A stretch of DNA of 51,398 bases from the NCBI GenBank assembly GCA_004431415.1, contig QPMI01000669.1:1-51398 (forward strand), read 5' to 3'. The first letter of the stretch is position 1. Each line of letters begins with the position of its first letter. The notes beneath the pieces were generated by a model. The model had not been told where the DNA came from, ran no database searches, and saw nothing but the letters and a program-made list of their open reading frames with translations. This DNA comes from Cyanophora paradoxa CCMP329. Taxonomy: Eukaryota > Plantae > Glaucophyta. A program made the translations under genes and the position numbers. Shown in pieces: positions 35,956-44,556 of the stretch.

Positions 35956-38900
35956 TCAAATCCGCCGATGGAGCAGCGAGTAGCAGTCGCAGAACAGATC
36001 TTTCACCTCCAAGTAATCCGGCCCCACGCCAGCCCAGCGCTGCCTTGCTTGGCGCTCTGCAACATCTTCGAGAGTGTCTTCCTTGACCCACGTGATGCAC
36101 TTGCGCTTGCGAGAGCCGGCGCCCTCCTGCCCTTCTCGGGTCCGTTTTTCCCCGGACCGGGCCCGTCTCACCCCCATGTACTTTTCGAGCAGGTACTGAA
36201 TCACCCGCCACGACTGCTGCGCAAGCTTGGCCTTCTCATTGTCCGATGCATCGAGTTTAGGGGCCCGCTCGTCCAGACTCTGCAGCACCGCGTAAGCCTC
36301 CCGGCCCTCCGGTGATGCGAGCGCCGCGTAGGCTTCGTCCGACCAAAGCATACAGCTGTCGCCGGCCAGCTTCTCGTACCCCGGCCCAAAAAGTCGCTTG
36401 AAAAGCTCCGCAACCTTCGAGACCCTGTGGTACTCAGTAGACGAGGCGATCTCGGCCATGTCGCCGCCGCGCTTCAGCACAAGGATGATCCGCGACATCA
36501 GCGGGATCGAGTAGAATGACTTCCACAGCCAGGCCACGTCGCTCTCGGTCAGCGCGCTTGCGTCCTTGGCCAGGAACGCAGCGGTCGCTAGGCGCGCGAG
36601 TGCAGCAACCTTCTCCACGTCGACCTTAGCAAGCGAATCGCGCGAATGCCACCAGGAGTCCAGCAGCATGTACAGTTCGGTGATGTCCAGGGGCGGAGAC
36701 TCGAGTACGTACTTGATCTCGCGCTGCCGCTGCTCCTTCTCCTCTTTCGGCCCCTTGTTTCCCTGATCCTCCGTGACCCGCACGTTCATCACGGCGCAGG
36801 TCGACAGCAGCCGCAGCCGCGCGGCCACGGCGAGGCGCCGCGTCGGCATGCCGGCCCGCCGACTCCCGTGATGGCTCGCCTTCAAGTCCAGATAGCGCTG
36901 CGTGTCTGCAGTGCTAGCTCTCTCATCATCGCTCTCACGCCAGTGCGCGGTCGCCTCGCCCACGCTGACGGAGGGCGCGGACGCGCGGCTCTTGCGCACG
37001 GCGACGAGCAGGTGCTCTCCGCCGGGCGGCTCGCCGCGCCTGCGCAGCTTTCTCACTCGGAACAGCAGCTGCACGATGTCGTCGGCCTCTAGCTGCGCGG
37101 GTTCGGCCTGGAAAACGCCGTAGATCTTGTCAAAGTGCGCTTCCGGAAAGTCCACGCCCGCCCCGAGCGCGGACGTCGCGATGAGCACGTCGCAGGCCTT
37201 GTACGCGCCCTCCTCCGAGACGTCGATCGACACTACGCGGACCGGGCCCTCGTTCGTGAAGCGCACGCTCTTCTCCTTCGCCTGCCCAACGATGAGCCAA
37301 TTGTGAACGGTGCGCCGCTGCCGTCCTCGGCCCTGCCTCGAGCTGAGTCACGTACTGAGCGCCGCCCAGGCTGAGCTGCTCCAGCGCCTGCTTCGAAATC
37401 TTGTCTGCTAGCTCATTCGCCTTGGCCGGCGTCTCCGCGATGATCATGGCCCGCGAGCGCCCAGGTCGGCACTGCACCATGATGTCCTTCTCGACGTGCG
37501 CCGGGCTGTCTGACACGCGCATCTTCCAGTCGCAGGTCCGGCGCGAGTTGTGCAGGAGCCCAAGGCGCGCCCCGCGCTCCAGCGCGGACTCCGCGAGGTA
37601 CGCGAGATCGACCGGCCGGACGAAGCCGTCCATCGCCACGATGCGCGAGGCCTTCATCACGTTTCGCATTAGCTGCACGCAGCGCGCGTTTCGGGCATTG
37701 ACCGCACGCCCATGTGCAGGCCGGCGGGTTCGAGGGTGCCGCTCGAAGTGAGGTGCTTCGTGAGGGAGGAGAGCTCGTCCAGCACGATCATCAGCGGCGC
37801 AGTCGACCAGCCCGCCCAGTCCTCAAGTACCTTGTGCAGCGAGTCGATCGTGATGACGACGCACCTGCACTTCGGATGGCGGTAGCCCCACTTGCCGTGC
37901 GTCCCATTTGAGCTCTCCGGCGGCTTCTGAATGTCCATGTACAGCACGGCGTCCTCAGGCAGGCCCACGTCATCCAGGCGGCGCTTCAGGTCGCGGGAGA
38001 AGGCGCGGCGGCAGGTCAAGAGGATCACGCGCCAGCCCCCCTCGAGGGCTGGCTTCAGGTACGTCTCGATGAGGGCCTGCGTCTTCCCCGTGTTGAGGCC
38101 CGAGCAGATGACGTCGACCTGGGCGGCCCCCGGCTCCAGCGGACCGAACGTGGAGGTGAGCAGCCCTGGATCGCGCGTCAGGTAGTCCGTATCCACGACC
38201 TTCACGCAGTGCGGTGTCAGGCCCGTCGATTCGAGTGCGATCAGGAGCGACGGGAGGGCCACGTCGAGCGCCACGGGCTGGGACGGGTCCGTCACGTAAG
38301 ACGCCGCCGTCTCGCTGCAGCTCCCGTCTCCAGCTCCCCCTCCTGCTCCACCTCGACACCGTGCGCCCGAATCGCGATTCTGAGGGCCGGCGATCCTGGC
38401 TGATCGCTCATCTTCAGGGTGATTGTTCCGTCGGGCTCGACTGCAATGTCTTGAACGCGGCGGGGGTCATTCAGGCTGATCTCAGTGCGCAACGCCGCCC
38501 CGCCCGCCAGATCTCGTCCCTCACCAGCTTGTTCTCGCGCAGGAGGCTCAGGAACCGATCGAAGTCCGGGAGCGGAGCCTGGGCGTCGCCCGTCAAGCTC
38601 AGCGGGGGTGGGGCGGCTCCTTGCGGGGGAGGAGCTCCTGGCGCCGCAGTCCCGAGCAAGCCCCCGAGCTGCGGCGCCCTGCGGCCCTGCGCCACCCCCT
38701 GCGCCGATCCCTGCGTCGGCCCCTGCAGGACGTAGGCTCCTGTGTCGTCCCCCCCGAGCTCCAGGCCGCTAGATGTCCCCAGCAGCCAGGTCGCAAAGGC
38801 GCAGGCCTCCGGGCTCTGCAGGACGTAGGCAGCCTTGAGCCCGTTGTGCGATGTTCGAGAGAAAGTGAGGCCTCCGAAGCTCTCCGCGCATGCACGGGCG

Positions 38901-39120
38901 GCCGCGGTGCTCGTCTCGTCTTCCGCGTCGGAGAAGTGCTTGGACATGATGTGCGGCGGGTGAAAGATACAGAAGACCATTCCGAGATCAGCGCTGCAGA
39001 CCTTCTGGACGCAGACGAGGGGGAAGCGAGTGAAGAAAAGCTCTTCTTGCGGGCTCAGGTCCACGGGAGTTACCCCGGCAGACGGGAGAGTAGACTGTCG
39101 GAGCACGTCGAGGTGGCCAT
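35956..39120 (-). CDS. Herpes UL9-like origin-binding SF2 helicase (~1050 aa, several frameshifts)
   Basis: Ordered motifs SGLNTGKT, LLTCRRAF, VVITIDSLHKV, IVLDELSSLTKHL, RIVAMDG, LIATSALGAGVDF..HFDKIYG and IVQLLFRVR parallel recalled UL9/Herpes_ori_bp motifs (PMGSGKT, VSCRRSF, VQVESLHRV, VLDEV, IIAMDA, VGLSFD..HFD, YQSLGRVR). Spread over ORFs 38471-39106, 38292-38492, 37669-38295, 37130-37678 and 35956-37266. Confidence 0.85.
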
Positions 39121-39299
39121 GCTCTCGGGTTAGGCCTGCTGTTTCGTGTTAGGCTTGGAAAATTTTCAGTGGCACCGGCCGGAAACTGCACACCTTGAGA
39201 ACTCGAACTCGAACTCCAAGGCTCGGTGAATTGGCGCTAGCTGCACTGTCGACGTCGACTGTCGGACCGTCGACGTCGGACTTCGGATGTCTCGTCTTC

Positions 39300-39349
39300 T
39301 GTCCCAGGTCTTTGGAATCTTAATATAAATTTTCCAGGGACCCGGGACA
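39300..39349 (+). repeat. Fifth copy of the 50-bp palindromic unit, upstream of the helicase
   Basis: tgtcccaggtctttggaatcttaatataaattttccagggacccgggaca. Confidence 0.95.
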
Positions 39350-39609
39350 CTCTGGTCTGACGACGCTGCAGCTCGAAGCGCTCAACTGGGTCCGGTTGAC
39401 GGCACACAGGCTATCAGGGTGCCAGGCCTAGCCTAGTACGTAGGCTGACCGTCGGACCAGTACTGGCGGTTCAGTTGAAGCCGAGTACTACTAGCGCTAG
39501 CTATAGCGCCAGCGCTAGCTGTAGGCTAGTACTAGTACTAGATCGAGAGACGGTACGGCGCGCCACAGCTAGCGAGCTCGCGCTCGCTCGCCTTTGCGCT
39601 GAAGCTTAG

Positions 39610-41344
39610 AAAATTTTGGGCTCACGCGGTCGTTCCACGTGTTCTGTCCGGACAACCTGTACCCCAGCTGTCCAGCCAAGTAGTCAGAGCTCTCCAATCC
39701 TGCGGCGCTTGGGCCCGTGCTTCTCAGAGCACTTGATGGAGGCCAGCGTGTGCGTTCTGTGCTCTCGGGGAGCCGCCGCTTCGTTCCCGCCGATGCAGAA
39801 GTGCGTCTCGGTCGGCGACCCCTCTCTCCGCGGAGCGGCTAGCTGGAGAGCTCTCCCGATGCCGCGCGCTTACACTGCGGTGCGCAGGCTCGGTTGCTGT
39901 GGCCGGCAACCTTCGAGAGCTCGATGGCACCCAAGCTGAACCACCTCGCCGCATCGCGGAGGTGCTGGCTCCCTCTTTCGCAGCTCTTTCGCTTACACTT
40001 ACACTTTCGCTAGACCGTGCCGCACAGCCTCGCGCTCATTTCCCCCACGTTCGCAGAACTTCGGCGTCGGCGCAGGTTCCGGGATCTGCGACCGCGCCTC
40101 CCGCAGCTCGAGCCGGCGTCTGCGGCGACCCGCGCATGCATCTAGATCCTATTCTGAAACCCGTGCGTCGATCCGGGTCCCGGGCTCGCGTTCCTGCGCC
40201 TCCCGGACCCTCACACTGCTCCTGTTTGCATCCTAGCTAAGACCTTCCTCGCCCGCAGCCGGTCTCGTCCTCGGCACATTGTGAGCGGCATCAGTGGAGC
40301 TGGAGTTCCGCACTTTATGCAGGCCCGTGCGCCCTTTCCCGCCCCGCCCCGCCCAGCCCCGCCCCGCCTCGCGTGCGCTATAGCTAGCTAACCCTGTCGC
40401 GCGCGCCGCAGAGGGTTCGTAGCCGGAGGGCTCGCAGGCCGCGGCCCGGACACCTCCGCCGCCGTCGGCGCCGACATCGAGAACGGCCGGCTGGACGAGA
40501 CCCTCGCCGGCTTCGGCTCCTGGTGCCGCCCCTACTCCTACAAGCTCGGCGGCGTCTGGCAGACCTACATCCGCGGCATCGTCCCCAAGGCCCCGCTCTC
40601 CCTCGGCGAGAGCCAGCCGGCGCTGGAGGCGATCGCGATCCCCGTCGCCCAGTTCAAGGACCCGGCGCCCGACGTCGGGCCCTTCCTCGTCAAGCCCCAC
40701 ACCAAGGGCAAGGGCAAGCGCACCCGCAACTCGGCGCCGGCCTTCCTCCCGCCCCAGCCCCCCGCCACGGCCCCCCAGCAGCGCCCCGGCCAGCAGCGCA
40801 TCGACGAGATGCTGCCGCGCCAGGTCCGGCCCCGCGTACCCCCCGCCTTCCCTGTACCTCCCTCCCCCTCGCCCCGTTCCTGATCCAAGGGCAGGGTACC
40901 TCGGCCTCCCCCGCGAGCGCCGACGGCCCCAGCCCCGTCCCCGGCCCCGGCCACGTCCTCTCCGCGATCCAGGGCTTCGGGGCCCAGCAGGAGGCCGAGC
41001 GGCAGGCGCTGGCGGCGCGCCAGGCGCGCGAGGCGGAGGCGCGGCGCCAGGGCCGCCGGGCCCAGCGCCTCCAGCGCACCCTCGCCTTCCGCGCCGAGCT
41101 GGAGGCGGGCTTCCGCGCGGATCAGATCGCCGGCGCGGAGGCCTCGGAGCGCTGGCGGGCGTTCGAGGCGGAGACGGCGGGGCTGGCGAAGGGCCTCGGC
41201 TACAGCTACCGGCGCGTGCCCGTGCCCAAGGACTACGCGTCGGCCGCGGCGCTGGAGGCCTCGCGGGCGGAGATCGACGCGGCGGAGGACGTGGTGGCGG
41301 AGACGGAGGCCCACGCCGAGACCTTCCGCCACCTCCACCACTGA
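39610..41344 (+). CDS. Intron-containing hypothetical gene inside the element (5' part degenerate)
   Basis: Exon ~40411-40823 (ADIENGRLDETLAGFGSWCRPYSYKLGGVWQTYIRG..), intron 40824-40894, exon 40895-41344 (coiled coil). Upstream exon-like blocks carry gtgcg donors and a TAG. Confidence 0.5.
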
Positions 41345-41393
41345 GCTCTCCGAGGCGGTATTTTTTCTCAACCCCTTCCAATTCGGTCCCGCG

Positions 41394-41585
41394 ATGGCCT
41401 TCGCTGACAGCTACCCACAGCACTACACCCTTGGAGCCCTCGCCGCGACCCTCACCTGGCTCCTCGGCGGCACCCCCACCGCCTCGGCCGTCATCGGCGT
41501 GGGCTTCGGCTACGCCGCCAAGACCCTCTACGCCCCCGGCTCCGTCTCGATGGCGACGGCCGGCATGCGCCCCGCCGGGCGTTAA
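41394..41585 (+). CDS. Small membrane protein (63 aa)
   Basis: ATG ORF with two short hydrophobic Gly/Ala helices and an upstream TTTTCT motif. Confidence 0.65.
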   Translation: MAFADSYPQHYTLGALAATLTWLLGGTPTASAVIGVGFGYAAKTLYAPGSVSMATAGMRPAGR

Positions 41586-41692
41586 CTCTCCCTTTTCAAA
41601 GTTCCATTCCCCCCTTTCCCTTTTCAAAGTTGCGACGTCCTTTTGAGTCCGTTGGCATTTAAATTTTCTTCATCGTCTGTACACGTCTAAAC

Positions 41693-42186
41693 ATGCCCAA
41701 CGCCGTAGAGAAGCTGTTGTGTACGGTGTTCAAATCGGACTCGCGCTGCAGCAAGATCGGCGAGGCTGCCAAGGGCGGGGCGGGGCGAAGGCCGGCGGCG
41801 GGGCGGAGGGGCCTAAGATAAGGGGCGCGGACCCGGCGCCGCCGGCGCTAAAGTCGATTAAGGCTGCGGGCAAGGGCCGCGGCGTCGGGCCCCTGCCCCT
41901 CGTGGCGATCGCCCGGGCCAGCGCGAGGCGGCGCACGCGGCGACGGCGGCGCTGGCCTCGCAGCAGCAGAGGGAGGGGCGCCGCGCCTGAGCGCCGGCCT
42001 CTGGTCGCAGCCTGCGCCCGCGCGCGAGTACGGCGTCAGCGCTTACTTCGACGGCGCGAACGAGCTGAGCCGCCAGGAGATCTGGGCCTGGAGGCGCGGC
42101 GCGCGGTCGACGGGCACCTGCCGTTGCTCGTGGCGCTCGGCGGCTCGCTCCTCATGGTCTGGTACCTGCGCGGCTTCGCGATTTAG
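41693..42186 (+). CDS. Small protein with C-terminal transmembrane helix (frameshifted)
   Basis: MPNAVEKLLCTVFKSDSRCSKIG...CAREYGVSAYFDGANELSRQEIWAWEARRAVDGHLPLLVALGGSLLMVWYLRGFAI, reconstructed using both duplicate copies. Confidence 0.6.
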
Positions 42187-42215
42187 ATAGATTTTCGAAG
42201 CGCTAGCTAGTAGAG

Positions 42216-42542
42216 ATGAGCTGGCTCGACGCGCTGCTCACCAAGACCTTTGGGCCCAAGGGCGCGCCGCGGCTGCAGTTCGGTGAGCTCAACGCCGCGA
42301 TCGGCGCCACAGTCGAGATGAAGAACCGCGAGAACGTGCTGCGCGGCGACGGAGGCGCGTGGCGGACATTGCGGCGGGCGCGCTGGGCTCCGCACTCACC
42401 GCACCGGGCAAGGCGGGCCGCGCGCTCACGGACGTGGCCGAGCGCTTCTGGCACTGGCTCAAGGTTGCCGTGGTCATCGCCGCAGCGGTTGTGGCGGGTC
42501 TCCTGGTGCTCGAGGCTCGCGCGCTATTTTCTAAACGCTAGG
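42216..42542 (+). CDS. Small membrane protein (108 aa; intact copy at 45579-45905)
   Basis: MSWLDALLTKTF...WHWLKVAVVIAAAVVAGLLVLEAR; copy 1 has a 1-nt deletion. Confidence 0.7.
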
Positions 42543-42557
42543 TAAAGCGAGCGAACC

Positions 42558-42960
42558 ATGCCCCGCGGCGGCTCTTCCCCCGTGTCTCCTTCGCTGAGAA
42601 CGAAGTCGCCGCTACCCCCTGGAGCCCGGCGTCAAGCTGGAGCGCGCGAACGCAGTCTCCGTCAAGAAGGCCAAGCGCGCGCTGGTTCTAGAAGTCCCCA
42701 AGACCGCCTCGCAGTTCCTTCCCACGTCCGAGTACGACGGCACGGAAGATACGGAGAAGGTTGCATTCAACAAGCGCAAGACGTACAAGGCGATACGCGA
42801 GGGCCAGCTGCTGCCCACGGACGCGGTTCCCGGGCTGCCGGGCACCACGGCCGGCGAGCTGCTCGTGCGCAACCTGCGCCTGCAGTACGTCTCCCGCCTC
42901 CGCCGCTCCAAGGCCAAGAAGGCGCGCCTGGACTCGGGCGATAGCAGCTCTAGCTCGTAG
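42558..42960 (+). CDS. Basic hypothetical protein (copy at 45922-46325; frameshifted near the start)
   Basis: Strong GC3 frame VSFAENEV..VKLERANAVSVKKAKRALVLEVPKT..LVRNLRLQYVSRLRRSKAKK, with ATTTTCTA upstream. Confidence 0.6.
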
Positions 42961-42976
42961 GGCTCTGTACTCAATA

Positions 42977-43261
42977 CTACCAGTTCCTGTTCCTATCCCA
43001 GAGCACGACTCGGGTAAAGGGCACGGTCATAGCGAACATGAACTCGGCAAACTTGGAGAAGTTCATGAGGGTCCCTAGGCGCGGGTCCTCCCAGTAGATA
43101 GCTTCGCGCAGGGACTCGTAGATGCGCATGAGGGAGCGCTCGTTCTCGGTCGCGAAGGCGTCGGAGGGCTCGTCGGGATCCGGATCCGAGAGCTCCGAGT
43201 ACTCGTCCGAGCTGCCAGCGCTCTCGACGCCTGCGGCCGGGTCGGGCGAGGGGTCAGCCAT
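42977..43261 (-). CDS. Small acidic protein resembling a small giant-virus protein family (copy at ~46342-46624)
   Basis: Acidic N-terminus, then SLMRIYESLREAIYWEDPRLGTLMNFSKFAEFMF. Family resemblance is from memory only. Confidence 0.6.
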   Translation of the reverse strand: MADPSPDPAAGVESAGSSDEYSELSDPDPDEPSDAFATENERSLMRIYESLREAIYWEDPRLGTLMNFSKFAEFMFAMTVPFTRVVLWDRNRNW

Positions 43262-43287
43262 TCTTTGCTGGTAGAAGGGCTAGAAAA

Positions 43288-43625
43288 TCACGGGCGCCGG
43301 TACTCCATCGAGTCGCCGCGCCAGTACTTGTTGCCGGAGGCGAGCAGCTTCATCGGCTCGCCCGTCGAGTCGTGCGTCCAGGCCTCGCCCGTCCAGACGG
43401 CCGTGCCGCGTCCTCTAGCTTGAGGCGGTGGCCCGCCTCGAGCCGATCGCCGTTGAGCATGCGCCGGCCATGAGCGCCAGGTCCCACTCGGTGAGGCCGC
43501 GCTGCTCTTCGGGGTGAGGCCGCGCTCGACGCGCTCGGGCTGGCGCGCCTCGCGCTCCATGCGGCTGAGGCCCACAGGAAGAAGATCGGCAGCGCAAAGG
43601 CCATGAGATCTAGCAGGGCCTCCAT
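43288..43625 (-). CDS. Small protein with N-terminal membrane anchor (copy at 46651-46988; frameshifted)
   Basis: MEALLDLMAFALPIFFLVGLSRM...GHRLKLEDGGTAVWTGEAWTHDSTGEP, reconstructed from both copies. Confidence 0.6.
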
Positions 43626-43635
43626 TGGGCAAGAC

Positions 43636-43925
43636 TTAGAAAAGGTTCCGGGCCAGGCCCGAGAGCTGCGGGCCCAGGCGCCGGGCGGCGTAGTAGAGCG
43701 CGGCGGCCGCGGCGGCCAGGATCAGAAGGCGCGGCGGGCCGCGCGCGGGCTCCTCCAGGGTCAAGTCCACGGTCTCTGGCTCGCGGCCGGCGTCGCCAGG
43801 ATCTCGGGCTCGGAGCTAAGGACTTGGGCCCGCGGCGGCGGCGCTGCTTGGGGCGGAGGCGCGGCGGCGGCGGAGAGAAGGTCCTCGGGCTCCTGCTTGA
43901 TACCTGCGCAGTCAGTAAAGTCCAT
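43636..43925 (-). CDS. Small protein with C-terminal transmembrane helix (copy at ~46999-47289)
   Basis: MDFTDCAGIKQEPED...DLTLEEPA..LLILAAAAAALYYAARRLGPQLSGLARNLF*; frameshifted. Confidence 0.55.
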
Positions 43926-43991
43926 GCTTGCTGGGTACCTCGGAAAATTGTGGGAGGTGCCCGGCGGCTGCGAACGTAGGATGGGGGAGAA

Positions 43992-44556
43992 GTGACGCGG
44001 ACGCGAATACGTCATAGTCGAATACGTCATAGTCCAAAACCTGGACTCGGGACTCGGCCCGGGCCCTGGGGAGGGGTACATGTTATGTCCAAATGTCCAA
44101 ATGTCCAAATGTCCAAATGTCCAATTGAAAGGTTGCGGAGGTTGCGGACGCGTCACAAATACGTCATAGTCGAATACGTCATAGTCCAAAACCTGGACTT
44201 GGGACCTGGGCCAGACTCTCGCCAAGTTTCAAATAATAATACTGTACCCCTGTTATCTGCAAGCTTATCTTATCGTTATCGTGTCACCTATCCTATCCCG
44301 ATCCTATCGCTATCCTTTCGCGATCGCTTGACTACACTATTGCATTCATTGCTTTTGAATGTAGTTAATGTCATAGCAACTTGAACATGATGTCATGATG
44401 ATTTCAAGTTAAATACCGGGGTACGGTGTTTTTGTTCAAGTCTCTTTTTTTTACCGGCAGGGCCCGGCCGAGTCCCGAGTCCAGGTTTTGGACTATGACG
44501 TATTCGACTATGACGTATTTGTGACGCGTCCGCAACCTCCGCAACCTTTCAGTTAA
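43992..44556. repeat. Inverted-repeat regulatory/origin-like region (copy at 47358-47925; single arm at ~48712-48788)
   Basis: Unit (AATACGTCATAGTC)x2-CAAAACCTGGACTYGGGAC at 44006(+), 44158(+) and 44472-44520(-). (TGTCCAAA)x5 at 44086-44125. An AT-rich ~230-bp centre lies between the long inverted arms. Confidence 0.9.

Noticed and set aside
35841-39349. Stand-alone TIR transposon carrying the helicase
   Set aside because: No transposase or TSD is visible, and three more copies of the repeat lie outside the would-be ends. Not fully excluded.
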